Shown here: positions 47,101-56,367 of the stretch, one piece after another
How positions within the stretch are numbered: position 1 is the first letter of the stretch
How the letters are laid out: each line of letters opens with the position of its first letter
Source: a virus
Strand: one strand, 5' to 3'
DNA length: 64,000 nucleotides
IMG/VR virus record: IMGVR_UViG_3300033405_000004
Location: 64,001-128,000 of that record
Translations under genes and position numbers: made by a program
Notes under the pieces: generated by a model
Told to the model about the DNA's origin: nothing
The model's input: only the letters and a program-made list of their open reading frames with translations
Databases searched by the model: none

Positions 47101-47682
47101 ATGAAATTAGTTAGTGGAAACATAGACATAAGCGTGCCTGATGGGGTGTCCGGCGGATGGCGCGTGGAGACGTTCACGGTCTCCCAGCAGGAGTCCGACT
47201 TCACGCGTCTGCGTGCCGTCTGTGGCCATCCGGCCGAGTTCGTGTCGCCCGGCAGCTACAAGCGCCTCATGCACGGGGGCACTGTGGTGATGTCGAACAC
47301 GCCGCATGAAATCCTGACCCACCGGCCCGTGATCAGGATGGCGCGGGGGCGCGTGCTCCTTAACGGCCTTGGCCTGGGCGTGTGCCTCAAGGTCATCCTT
47401 GCGGACGCGGAGGTTGAGCACGTCACTGTGGTCGAGAAGGAGGCTGACGTGCTCAGGCTGGTCGGCCCGACCTACGAGTGCCCTCGCCTCACGCTGATCC
47501 ACGGCGACGCCTATACCCGCGAGCTTCGTCGGGGCGAGCGGTACGATGTCGCCTGGCACGACATCTGGAACGAGATTTGTAGCGACAACGCCGACGATAT
47601 GCGGCGGTTGATGCGCAAGTACGCCCGGCGGGCGGCCTGGCAGGGCTGCTGGTGCTACTACGAGACGCTCCGGGATCGGTAA
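47101..47682 (+). CDS. class I SAM-dependent methyltransferase (spermidine-synthase-like)
   Basis: VLLNGLGLG, VTVVE, HGDA and YD..WHDIW; has its own TAGTTAC-N3-ATG. Confidence 0.8.
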   Translation: MKLVSGNIDISVPDGVSGGWRVETFTVSQQESDFTRLRAVCGHPAEFVSPGSYKRLMHGGTVVMSNTPHEILTHRPVIRMARGRVLLNGLGLGVCLKVILADAEVEHVTVVEKEADVLRLVGPTYECPRLTLIHGDAYTRELRRGERYDVAWHDIWNEICSDNADDMRRLMRKYARRAAWQGCWCYYETLRDR

Positions 47683-47683
47683 C

Positions 47684-48154
47684 ATGAAGCGGTTGCTGGA
47701 GAACCTCACCGGCCCGTGGGCCTGCGCCAAACGGAACGAGATCCGAAGGCTCCTCCTGCTGGAGCGCGAGCGCCGTGCGCTCGGCGACCTGGAGGGGGCC
47801 AAGGCGGCCGGGGAGAAGGCCCGCCGCATGCGCTCCTTTTATGAGGCCGTCAAGCCCCCCAGGAAGCGCCGCAAAGCCGAGCCGAGGCCGGAGGACCCGG
47901 CGCTCGCCCCGGAGAGGGAGGAGCTGATGGCCCTGCTCACGGCTAGGGAGCGGGAGGGCCGCGGGGCCGTCCGCTACTGGCAGCTGATCGACGGCGCCGC
48001 CAAGCGGGCCGGCGCCCGCGGCAAGGCCGAGATGAAGCGGGTGCGCCTCCGCTACATGTCCGCGTTGGGGGAGCTCCTCAGGGCGGGCCGCGCCGTGCGC
48101 GTCTGCAGGCGGTTCGTCCTTTCCGTGGGCGCGATCAGCGCAACCGGAAGATGA
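47684..48154 (+). CDS. basic hypothetical protein
   Basis: Coupled ORF. Confidence 0.55.
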   Translation: MKRLLENLTGPWACAKRNEIRRLLLLERERRALGDLEGAKAAGEKARRMRSFYEAVKPPRKRRKAEPRPEDPALAPEREELMALLTAREREGRGAVRYWQLIDGAAKRAGARGKAEMKRVRLRYMSALGELLRAGRAVRVCRRFVLSVGAISATGR

Positions 48155-48743
48155 GGTTGTCGGGCGCCCGGTGGACCATGTCGTAGCCCTTGAACAGCTG
48201 CCTGAACTGCTCTTCGAACGAGGCCGGCCCCACCCTGAACTCCACGCACCACGCGGCCGGGGTGAACCGCTCGGCCAGCGCGGTCGCGACCTCTAGGCTG
48301 GTGCCCTCCGTGTCGACGTTGATGAAGTCGGGCTGCCCGCCCCCGAAGGAGGAGTGGTACAGCCTCTCGATTTCGGCCACGCCCACCGGCGAGACGTACA
48401 CCGGGATGTAGTTGCCGACGTGCGCCCAGATCCGGCGGAACGCCTCGGAGGTCGTCGAGACGGCGTCGTCGGTCATCTCCAGCTTAATCAGGCCCCCGCC
48501 ATCGCCCGGGACGACGGCCGCGTTCACCAGCCGGAGCCTAGGGTTGTGGCCGTGCAGGGCGGCGAGGTCGTGGAACGGCTGCGCGGACGGCTCGACGAGT
48601 ATGCCGCCCCACCCGTCCTCGATCAGCTTCAGGGTGTTGGAGAAAGTGCGGCCGTTGAAGGCCCCCACGTCGATGAGCGTCCCCTCGGCCTTCCCCTCGA
48701 AAATCCCGAGGATGTGCTTTTCTTCGTCGTATTGGCTGTACAT
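48135..48743 (-). CDS. FkbM-family methyltransferase
   Basis: YSQ..E, IDVGA.NG...SNT..L...GW.GILVEP and DF..VD.EG. Confidence 0.9.
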   Translation of the reverse strand: MYSQYDEEKHILGIFEGKAEGTLIDVGAFNGRTFSNTLKLIEDGWGGILVEPSAQPFHDLAALHGHNPRLRLVNAAVVPGDGGGLIKLEMTDDAVSTTSEAFRRIWAHVGNYIPVYVSPVGVAEIERLYHSSFGGGQPDFINVDTEGTSLEVATALAERFTPAAWCVEFRVGPASFEEQFRQLFKGYDMVHRAPDNLIFRLR

Positions 48744-48981
48744 CTTGGGTTAAGAACAGGGTGCGCCGGCGGCTTGTCGATCCAGACCTGCCAGCGCGGC
48801 CCGAAGGCGGCTTTGAAGCTGGAGAGGGCCGTGGTTATCGAGTTGAAGTGGTAGCTGTAGCCGTGGCCGGGGCGGCTGCGGGCCCGCATCAGCTCCACGG
48901 GGTCGGGGTCGCCGTCGAGCTGGGCCATTATCTTGCAGAAGGAGGTGGGAGTTGGTGGGTTCATTTCAGTTCTAAGAACGC

Positions 48982-50217
48982 ATGCCAGAAACTGTTTCGA
49001 TTTCGGACGGCACGGGTAAGCGGGCGCCGAGCGCCAGCTGGAAGATCGTGAGCTTCAGCAAGCCGGTCCTCTGGACGAGGACCGAGGAGGAGGTCTGGAT
49101 GCTGCACCCCCTGCGGCGGTACATCCTCAACGCGGACCAGCTCGAAAGGCTCATGCCCTACATAGAGACCATGTCGGAGCTCAAGGGGTCGCGCCACTAC
49201 CGGCCCCTGGTGGCCGGGGCGGCCCTCGCGGGCACCCGCATCCTCGTCTACCGGTACGCCGACCGCGGCGTCGGCGACCACCTCTTCATGACCGGGCCGC
49301 TGAACTACCTCCGCCACGTCTCCGGCAACAGCGCCGACATCACCATGTACGGCCTGACCGACCGCCACCAGATCCTCGCCTTCCACCCCGCCCTCAAGCA
49401 CGAGGCCGTCCTGGCCGGGCCGGTGCACTACGACGACCTCCAGTACTACCACTGGCACTGGTTCGTCGAGACCGCCACCGAGTACGACGAGGAGTTCGAC
49501 CAGCTCAACGTCTACGACTCGCTCTACCGGCAGATGGGGGTGGACCCGACCACCGTCGACGTCACCTTCAAGCGGCCCTCGATGAAGCTCAACGATAAGG
49601 ACTACAGGGACCTCGACCAGCTGTACTACTTCGTCTACTGCAACCGCAAGCTCGACCTGCGCCTCACGCCCTACTACGTGGTCGCCCCGACCTCCTATGC
49701 CAGCCTGCGCTCCGCCCCCTACGGGCTGTGGCTGGCCGTCATCGCCGAGCTGGCCAAGGTCAGGCCCGTGGTCGCCGTCGGGCGCCCGGGCAAGGGCCGC
49801 ATGCCCGACACCGACCTGTCGTTCGGCCAGTTCGTGGGCGACCTGAACAAGATCCCCAACACGGTGAACCTGATGAGCGACATCCCCATCCGCACCGTCG
49901 CCGCCCTGGTCTCACGCGCCATCTGCGCCGTCACCCTCGACGCCGGCATCCTCTACGTCGCCCAGGCCCTCGGCGTGCCCGCCGTCTCGCTCTGGGGCAC
50001 CCACGCCCCCGCCGTCCGCCTGCTGTACGACAAGAAGTACATGGACCTGGCCGTCTGGAACCGCGAGGCCTGCCACAACTCGCCCTGCTTCTCCTACGCC
50101 GTCTTCCCGAAGGCGAAGTGCCCCCGCGGCGAGCTCCAGAAGGTCTGCGAGCCGTTGGCCGCCGTGAAGCCGTCCGACGTCATCGCCAAGGTCACCGAGG
50201 CCGAAAAAGCCCGCTAG
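48982..50217 (+). CDS. glycosyltransferase family 9 (heptosyltransferase-like)
   Basis: RGVGD.L and VTLDAG..YVA.ALGVPAVSLWG; C..C tail. Confidence 0.85.
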   Translation: MPETVSISDGTGKRAPSASWKIVSFSKPVLWTRTEEEVWMLHPLRRYILNADQLERLMPYIETMSELKGSRHYRPLVAGAALAGTRILVYRYADRGVGDHLFMTGPLNYLRHVSGNSADITMYGLTDRHQILAFHPALKHEAVLAGPVHYDDLQYYHWHWFVETATEYDEEFDQLNVYDSLYRQMGVDPTTVDVTFKRPSMKLNDKDYRDLDQLYYFVYCNRKLDLRLTPYYVVAPTSYASLRSAPYGLWLAVIAELAKVRPVVAVGRPGKGRMPDTDLSFGQFVGDLNKIPNTVNLMSDIPIRTVAALVSRAICAVTLDAGILYVAQALGVPAVSLWGTHAPAVRLLYDKKYMDLAVWNREACHNSPCFSYAVFPKAKCPRGELQKVCEPLAAVKPSDVIAKVTEAEKAR

Positions 50218-50224
50218 TTAGCCG

Positions 50225-51391
50225 ATGAGCTACTGCGACATCATCTGCGGCGAGGCGCTCGCCGAGCTGCGCAAGCTGCCCCCTGATTCGGCGCACGCCT
50301 GCGTGACGGACCCGCCGTACGGCCTGAAGTTCATGGGCAAGGACTGGGACCGCGGCGTGCCTGGGTCGGCTTACTGGGCCGAGGCCCTGCGCGTCTGTAG
50401 GCCCGGCGCCCACCTCCTCGCGTTCGGCGGCACGCGCACCTTCCACCGGCTCGCCTGCGCCATCGAGGACGCCGGGTGGGAGATCCGCGACACCCTGATG
50501 TGGGTCTACGGCTCCGGCTTCCCGAAGTCGCTCGACGTGGGCAAGGCCTTCGACAAGGCGGCGGGGGCGAAGGGTGAGGTCGTGGGCGTGCAGAAGGTCG
50601 ACGTGGGGATGCAGTCGGGCCACATGCACAGCGGCAGGCGGTCGGAGGTGGTCGAGCGCGAGGTGCGGGCGCCCGCGACCGACGAGGCCAGGGAGTGGCG
50701 CGGCTGGGGCACGGCCCTCAAGCCCGCCTGGGAGCCGATCTTGCTCGCCCGGAGGCCCCTCGACGGGACCGTGGTGGAGAACGTGCGGAAGTGGGGCTGT
50801 GGGGCGCTGAACGTCGACGGGTGTAGGGTGGGCGAGGAGAGCACCGTTCGCACGAGGAGGGACAGCCTGAGCGCGTCTGGCTGGGCGAGCGTGAACCGCT
50901 CGCCAGTGGGCGGGTCGGAGGCGGGCCGCTGGCCCGCGAACGTGGTGCACGATGGCAGCGAGGAGGTTCTGGCGGGCTTCCCCCGCACTAGGAGCGGCAG
51001 CGATACCGTCAAGCGGGAGAGCGGGGCCGACCGCGACGGCAACCGGGGCGCGGCCTACGGGGCCGAGAGCCGGCCCGCCGGGTCGCCGATGGTCTTCTAC
51101 GGCGACGAGGGCTCCGCCGCCCGCTTCTTCTACTGCGCTAAGCCGAGCCCCTCCGAGCGGGAGGGCAACCCCCACCCGACCGTCAAGCCGCTGGCCCTGA
51201 TGGAGTGGCTGCTGCGACTCGTCTCCAGGGAGGGCGACACCGTGGTCGACCCGTTCGCCGGGAGCGGCACCACGGGCGTCGCGGCCTACCGGCTGGGGCG
51301 GAACGCCGTTCTCATAGACAAGAGCCGCGCCGACTACGAGACCATGAAGGCCCGCATGGCCAAGGCCGGGGCGGCCCTCGAACCCATTTGA
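50225..51391 (+). CDS. DNA N6-adenine/N4-cytosine methyltransferase (beta class)
   Basis: TDPPY, HPTVKP and DPFAGSGTT. Confidence 0.93.
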   Translation: MSYCDIICGEALAELRKLPPDSAHACVTDPPYGLKFMGKDWDRGVPGSAYWAEALRVCRPGAHLLAFGGTRTFHRLACAIEDAGWEIRDTLMWVYGSGFPKSLDVGKAFDKAAGAKGEVVGVQKVDVGMQSGHMHSGRRSEVVEREVRAPATDEAREWRGWGTALKPAWEPILLARRPLDGTVVENVRKWGCGALNVDGCRVGEESTVRTRRDSLSASGWASVNRSPVGGSEAGRWPANVVHDGSEEVLAGFPRTRSGSDTVKRESGADRDGNRGAAYGAESRPAGSPMVFYGDEGSAARFFYCAKPSPSEREGNPHPTVKPLALMEWLLRLVSREGDTVVDPFAGSGTTGVAAYRLGRNAVLIDKSRADYETMKARMAKAGAALEPI

Positions 51392-51393
51392 AG

Positions 51394-52695
51394 ATGTGGA
51401 TACTCCCGCGCCACTTACACACCTCAGCCTTTGTTCGGGATACGAGGGCATTGGTCTCGGACTTGAGCGAGCTGTCCCAGGCCTGCGCACAGTCGCTCTT
51501 TGTGAGATCGAAGCCTTTGCCTGCGCGAACCTGGTCGCAAAAATGGAGGCGGGACTCCTGGACCCGGTTCCTCTCTGGACGGATCTGCGCACCTTCCCAT
51601 TCACAGAGTTTCACGGACTCGTGGGCGTCCTGTCAGGCGGCTTCCCTTGCCAGCCCTTCAGCGCCTGCGGCAGGCAGGCCGCCGACCACGACCCCCGGCA
51701 CCTCTTCCCCGCCATCCTCGAAGGGGTCGAGCGGTGCCAGCCCGCCCTCGTCTTCCTTGAGAACGTGCCCGGGATTGTCTCCGCCAAGCTCAAGGGGGAT
51801 GGCTGGTCGGACCCCGCCGGGACCCCCGTTCTGCTCCATGTCCTCCGAGAGCTGGAGCGCGTGGGTTACCGCGTCGCGTGCGGACTATTCAGCTCGGCTG
51901 AAACGGGCGGCAGCCACCGGCGCGAGCGCATCTATATCCTGGCCCACCGCCTCGGCGCGGGACTGGAAGGATTCGCCCGGCATGTCGACGGAGCGGCGGA
52001 GGGGCGTGGACCAGCTGGCGAGGGTCGTCTACCACCAAGTCCCGCCGGGCCCGGGGGGCGGCAGCTCTGGTGGGAGCCCCCCAGGACTCTGGCAAACGCC
52101 AAGCACGGACAGCTTTCGAAGCCGGGGCCGGGACCGGAAGGACGAGATGGGCCTGGACCAGCAGGTGAGGTACGGCCCGGCGAGGTGGGCGACGCCCAGG
52201 GCGGAGGACGCGGAGAGCGCGGGCCGCAGGGTCGAGCGGGGGACGGCGGACACGCTGACGGCCCAGGTGAGGGAAATGTGGCCGACGCCGAAGGTCATGG
52301 ACGCGGAGCGGTCGTCGCTCCAGACGCAGGCGAAGTACGTGGCCCGGACCGGGCGGCAGACGAACCTGAGGGCGGCGGTGGGCATGAGCCTGTGGCCGAC
52401 GCCGAGGACGCCGACGGGCGGGGCGGAGTCGGCGGGGAGGAAGCAGGAGCTGGGGCGGGACGCGTCGGGCGGGGGCGACCTGACGAGCGAGGTGAGGAGG
52501 TGGCCGACGCCGATCCACGGCTGCGCGGAGGCGAGCCACGGCCAGATCAGCGGCCAGTATCGCGACGCGATGACGGCGGCGGGGGTCCCCGCGGGGAGGC
52601 TGAACCCGCGGTGGGTGGAGGTCTTGATGAGGGTGCCGGTGGGCTGGTGCCTGCCGAGCTGTTCGTATCCGTGGACTCCCGGACCGACGAGCTGA
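51394..52695 (+). CDS. overlapping-frame beta polypeptide of the C5-methyltransferase (WxTP repeats plus motif-IX-like end)
   Basis: 433-codon open frame with six W-x-T-[P/A] repeats and RLNPRWVEVLM.VP.GW; ATG overlaps the alpha GTG. Confidence 0.7.
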   Translation: MWILPRHLHTSAFVRDTRALVSDLSELSQACAQSLFVRSKPLPARTWSQKWRRDSWTRFLSGRICAPSHSQSFTDSWASCQAASLASPSAPAAGRPPTTTPGTSSPPSSKGSSGASPPSSSLRTCPGLSPPSSRGMAGRTPPGPPFCSMSSESWSAWVTASRADYSARLKRAAATGASASISWPTASARDWKDSPGMSTERRRGVDQLARVVYHQVPPGPGGGSSGGSPPGLWQTPSTDSFRSRGRDRKDEMGLDQQVRYGPARWATPRAEDAESAGRRVERGTADTLTAQVREMWPTPKVMDAERSSLQTQAKYVARTGRQTNLRAAVGMSLWPTPRTPTGGAESAGRKQELGRDASGGGDLTSEVRRWPTPIHGCAEASHGQISGQYRDAMTAAGVPAGRLNPRWVEVLMRVPVGWCLPSCSYPWTPGPTS

Positions 52696-52778
52696 GGCTC
52701 CTGGGCAACGGAGTCGACCCGGTCGTGGCTGAGCACGCGTTCAGGACGCTGCTGGCCCGGCTGCTGGAGGGGCCGTGA
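51396..52778 (+). CDS. DNA C5-cytosine methyltransferase, alpha polypeptide (motifs I-VIII and X)
   Basis: SLCSG.EG, GGFPCQPFS, ENVPG, HRRERIYI and LGNGV; no motif IX in this frame. Confidence 0.9.
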   Translation: MDTPAPLTHLSLCSGYEGIGLGLERAVPGLRTVALCEIEAFACANLVAKMEAGLLDPVPLWTDLRTFPFTEFHGLVGVLSGGFPCQPFSACGRQAADHDPRHLFPAILEGVERCQPALVFLENVPGIVSAKLKGDGWSDPAGTPVLLHVLRELERVGYRVACGLFSSAETGGSHRRERIYILAHRLGAGLEGFARHVDGAAEGRGPAGEGRLPPSPAGPGGRQLWWEPPRTLANAKHGQLSKPGPGPEGRDGPGPAGEVRPGEVGDAQGGGRGERGPQGRAGDGGHADGPGEGNVADAEGHGRGAVVAPDAGEVRGPDRAADEPEGGGGHEPVADAEDADGRGGVGGEEAGAGAGRVGRGRPDERGEEVADADPRLRGGEPRPDQRPVSRRDDGGGGPRGEAEPAVGGGLDEGAGGLVPAELFVSVDSRTDELRLLGNGVDPVVAEHAFRTLLARLLEGP

Positions 52779-53980
52779 TCGCCGAGGTCTGCGTGGACAC
52801 GGCGTACGTGCAGGACACTGGGGTCTACTACCGGGTGGTCTCCATGGCGCCGGGCGCGATCGTGGTCTCCGAGCGGTGCGGCGACGGCGCCGGCCTGGAG
52901 ATGCCGCTGGAGGAGTTCAAGCGGCGGTTCGCCGCCCTGGACCTGCAGGAGGAGGCCAAGCTGCGGTGGGCGGAGAAGGCCCTCAGGAGGAGGGGCCTCC
53001 CGGCCGACCGGGAGACGGTGAGGGGCATCTGGCGGCGCCCGCTGGAGGACCCCCCGGCGCCCGAAGTCGACAAGGCTAGCCAGCCGCCCGACGGCCCGCC
53101 GCGGCGGGAGAGGGAGGAGTCCGACCAGTCCGCGGGCGGCCGTGGCGGCGCTAGGTCGCCGGACATTGGCGTGCTGGTGACGCCCTCCAAGTCGGACGAC
53201 CTGGCCGGCCTCGTGCTGAGCGAGTCCACCCGCCAGGAGCTGGACGACGCCCTGCGCCTCATCCTCCGGCGCGAGGACTTCGAGGCCGTCTGGAGGCTCG
53301 GCGAGATCTTCCCGTTCAAGAACCGCTGCGCCCTGAACTTCTACGGCGAGCCTGGCACCGGCAAGACCACGGCGGCGCGCGGCCTGGCGCTGCGCCTGGG
53401 GCGCCAGCTCTACCAGGTCGACTACGCCAAGCTCACCAGCAAGTGGGTCGGCGAGACCGACAAGTACATCAAGTTCGCCTTCGAATACGCGCACCGGGCC
53501 ATGGCGGTCCTCTTCTTCGACGAGGCCGACAGCGTCCTCAGCCGGCGCATGACCGACCCCGACCAGTCGTGGGCCGTCGCCCTCAACCAGCAGCGGAACG
53601 TCCTGATGCAGGAGCTTGACAGGTTCGACGGCATCGTGGTCTTCTCCACCAACCTCTTCTCCGCCTACGACTCGGCTGTCGTGCGCCGGATCTCCCACCA
53701 CGTGGAGTTCCCCATGCCCGACCAAGGCATGAGACTTCGCCTGTTCCGGCGTCACCTGCCTAACCCGGACCGGGCCGTGCTCAGCCAGGCGCAGTGGGAC
53801 CGCCTGGCCCTCGACAGCCGCGGCCTCTCCGGGGGCGACATCCTGAACGCCTGCGTCAACGCCATGGTGCGGGCGAGCGCCCCGGCCGACGTCGCCGACT
53901 GGAAGCTCACCTTCAAGCTGCTCGACGACGAGGCCAGGAGGGTGCTGCGCACCAAGCTCGCCGCGGCGGGCCATAGTTAG
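52775..53980 (+). CDS. AAA+ ATPase
   Basis: GEPGTGKT, SKWVGE..K, LFFDEADS, STN, D.A..RR and LSGGDI. Confidence 0.9.
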   Translation: MIAEVCVDTAYVQDTGVYYRVVSMAPGAIVVSERCGDGAGLEMPLEEFKRRFAALDLQEEAKLRWAEKALRRRGLPADRETVRGIWRRPLEDPPAPEVDKASQPPDGPPRREREESDQSAGGRGGARSPDIGVLVTPSKSDDLAGLVLSESTRQELDDALRLILRREDFEAVWRLGEIFPFKNRCALNFYGEPGTGKTTAARGLALRLGRQLYQVDYAKLTSKWVGETDKYIKFAFEYAHRAMAVLFFDEADSVLSRRMTDPDQSWAVALNQQRNVLMQELDRFDGIVVFSTNLFSAYDSAVVRRISHHVEFPMPDQGMRLRLFRRHLPNPDRAVLSQAQWDRLALDSRGLSGGDILNACVNAMVRASAPADVADWKLTFKLLDDEARRVLRTKLAAAGHS

Positions 53981-53983
53981 TTC

Positions 53984-54292
53984 GTGGCACAGCAGAAGGT
54001 ACAGCTCCCGGCCAACTCGGCCTACGTCACGACGCCCATCTACCAGCAGCCCGACGGCACCGTCGTCTTCGGGCTCCTGCAGCTCGCCACCCCGCCGGAC
54101 CCGAGCGACCGCCTCTACACCGTCCCGGCCCAGTTCGAGGACAGGCTGGACCTGATCAGCAACGGCATGTACGGCCTGCCCGACTTCTGGTGGGCGATCG
54201 CGGAGGCCAACGGCCTGGTGGACCCGCTCATGGAGGCCTCCGAGGGCGTCCAGATCCGCATCCCGCTCAAGTCGAGGCTGCCGAGCACCTGA
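53984..54292 (+). CDS. baseplate wedge protein (gp53/LysM-like)
   Basis: DRLDLIS..MYG....WW.IA.AN...DP......IRIP. Confidence 0.85.
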   Translation: MAQQKVQLPANSAYVTTPIYQQPDGTVVFGLLQLATPPDPSDRLYTVPAQFEDRLDLISNGMYGLPDFWWAIAEANGLVDPLMEASEGVQIRIPLKSRLPST

Positions 54293-54692
54293 GCGCGCGG
54301 CGCACCCGCCCCACGGCCCTCCTGCCCGTGCCGCCGAGCTGGCACTCCCAGATCGTGACCACCCGGTAGCCGAGCCTGCGAAGCTCGGCGGCCACCCGGC
54401 GGTCGCGGCGCCGGTTGTTCGCGATCTTGTCCTGCCAGAAGCCGGTGTGCGTCTTCGGGGTCTTGGAGTGTCGCGGGCAGCCGTGCTAGAAGCAGCCGTG
54501 CACGAAGACGCAGACGCGCTGCTCGCGGAACGTGAAGTCGGGCGTGCCCGGCAGGGGCGACTGGGGCGACCACTTCGGCAGCCCGGCCTCCTGCATGAGC
54601 GTGGCCAGCCTGACCTCCGTCGTCTTGTTCCCGCTGCTGCGGATGCGGGACATTATCTCGGAGCGCTTCTGCGGGCTGACGGTGTCGGCCAT
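54267..54692 (-). pseudogene. vsr: Vsr very-short-patch endonuclease interrupted by an in-frame TAG
   Basis: D.....RS..MS.I....T..E, PG.PD, FVHGCF*HGC, FW..K...N..RD and G.RV..IWEC; TAG at 54486-54488 replaces the conserved Trp. Confidence 0.85.
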
Positions 54693-54709
54693 GGTGGAAG
54701 TTGTAAACA

Positions 54710-55510
54710 TTAAACGTCCGGGACGGCAAGCTCACACCGTCGGCAGATTGGGTCCCCACTGGCGTCGTCCCGCTGCGCCTCGCGGACGCGCCGGTAGGCC
54801 TCACCCCTGAACAGTTCGGGGTAGCCCGTCGCGGTCAGGTTGCCGAGGATGTGCTCCATCCCGTAGTCCATGCAGCACAGGACCACGTCCCCGTTCGGGA
54901 GCAGGACGTTGTGGTCCAGCTCCGGGCCGCATGCCGAGCACTTGATCCTGCCAGCCCGCCAGGGAACCGCCTTCCCCTTCAGGTTGCCGGCCCGGCCTAC
55001 GATGCCGCCCAGGTCGCTCGGCACATCCCGGCCCAGCGCCTCCCGCACCCTGGGGTGGAGCCTGCCGATCACCGTGACGTGGCTCCCGGCGGGGTGGGCC
55101 AGCGCGAGCCGCAGCACCGCCAGGTAGTCGTCCGTGACCTCCAGCTTCATCATGCCGTCCGCGTCGGGCAGGTGCACGCAGAGGCACAGGAGCGGCACGT
55201 GCCAAATGCGGGCCAGGTCCGCCGGCTTCATGCCGAAGGTCGTGGTGTAGACGCCGACCCGGTAGCCCGAGTCGTGGGCGTGCAGCAGCATGTCCGTGGC
55301 CCGCGGGTTCAGCCATGGCTCGGCCATCCCGGCGAACAGGATCTCCACCCCCTTGGGGACGCCGGCCAGGCATCGCGCGAAGGTGTCGAAGGACATCTCT
55401 CGGGGGCCGCCCACCCTCGCGTAGGCGCGCACGTGGGTCGCCTGCGGGCAGTAGTCGCAGGCCATCCTGCAGCCCACCGTCGTGGACACTTCGAGGTTGG
55501 GTTTCGGCAC
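54710..55510 (-). CDS. radical SAM/SPASM domain protein
   Basis: CRMACDYC; SPASM-like PNGDV.LCC.D...LGN...C..C. Confidence 0.9.
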   Translation of the reverse strand: MPKPNLEVSTTVGCRMACDYCPQATHVRAYARVGGPREMSFDTFARCLAGVPKGVEILFAGMAEPWLNPRATDMLLHAHDSGYRVGVYTTTFGMKPADLARIWHVPLLCLCVHLPDADGMMKLEVTDDYLAVLRLALAHPAGSHVTVIGRLHPRVREALGRDVPSDLGGIVGRAGNLKGKAVPWRAGRIKCSACGPELDHNVLLPNGDVVLCCMDYGMEHILGNLTATGYPELFRGEAYRRVREAQRDDASGDPICRRCELAVPDV

Positions 55511-55539
55511 GCCATAAGTAGTTCTATGTGGAGAGCGAA

Positions 55540-56193
55540 ATGAACATCCCGTTGTCCGTCTTGATCCCCGCCGTGCTGGAGCGCGACGCCCGCCGGCTCT
55601 ACGAGAAGCTCATGGCCCAGGCCGAGCCGTTCGGGGCCGAGGTGCTCGTCTTCCTCGACAACCGCAAGCGGTCCACCGGCCTCAAGGACCAGGCGCTGCT
55701 GAACGCCGCCCTGGGCAGGTACGTCATGCTCGTCGACGACGACGACGACGTGGCGGACGACTGCGTGGCCGCCATCGCCGGCGTGATCGACGCCCAGGCC
55801 CGCGGGTCGACCGGCCCCAGCCCGGTGTTCACGGGGGAGGTCGACGTCATCTCGTTCGACTCCCAGGCGACGCTCAACCTGCACGACGACTCCCCCAAGA
55901 ACCCCTTCGTCGTCCACACCAGCCTCGCCTTCGAGAACGAGCAGCTGCGAGCCGTGAGCGGGCAGTGGGTGGACATCGGGCGCAAGCCCTGGCAGTGGTG
56001 CGCCTGGCGGCGCGAGCTCGCCCAGTCGGCCTCGTTCCCCGACGGGTACATCGACCCCGACGCCTATTGGCTCAGGCAGCTGTGGGCCAAGGCCAAGACC
56101 GAGTATCACATCGACCGGGTGCTCCACTTTTACCATTACGATAACCAAAAATCGCTTTCGAACCGGGGGAAGCCGGCCGTCTCACCTTCATGA
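55540..56193 (+). CDS. glycosyltransferase family 2-like
   Basis: LSVLIP, A.GRYV..VDDDD, F.D...D..W. Confidence 0.85.
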   Translation: MNIPLSVLIPAVLERDARRLYEKLMAQAEPFGAEVLVFLDNRKRSTGLKDQALLNAALGRYVMLVDDDDDVADDCVAAIAGVIDAQARGSTGPSPVFTGEVDVISFDSQATLNLHDDSPKNPFVVHTSLAFENEQLRAVSGQWVDIGRKPWQWCAWRRELAQSASFPDGYIDPDAYWLRQLWAKAKTEYHIDRVLHFYHYDNQKSLSNRGKPAVSPS

Positions 56194-56363
56194 GCCTGTC
56201 CAAGTTCGTCAACGTCCTGTGCTTCGTGGCCGTGGTCTCATTCACGGCCGTCGTTCTGGCGGCGACCATCGTCGACCGCCACTCCACCTGGCGGGAGTAC
56301 CTGTTCACCGCCTTCCTGATGGCCGTTTCGACCTTCGTCGGCCGCGCCGTCTTCAAAAGCTAA
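56190..56363 (+). CDS. small two-TM membrane protein
   Basis: 57 aa, MSLSKFVNVLCFVAVV...; ATGA overlap with the upstream gene (below the ORF-track size cutoff). Confidence 0.55.
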   Translation: MSLSKFVNVLCFVAVVSFTAVVLAATIVDRHSTWREYLFTAFLMAVSTFVGRAVFKS

Positions 56364-56367
56364 TCGC

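Noticed and set aside
48629-48964. 111-aa ORF upstream of the FkbM gene
   Set aside because: It has a GTTCT motif but overlaps FkbM by 115 nt and shows no recognisable features, so it was left uncalled.
54486-54488. Genome-wide TAG recoding
   Set aside because: TAG terminates many well-defined genes here, other genes are not fragmented, and the position requires Trp.
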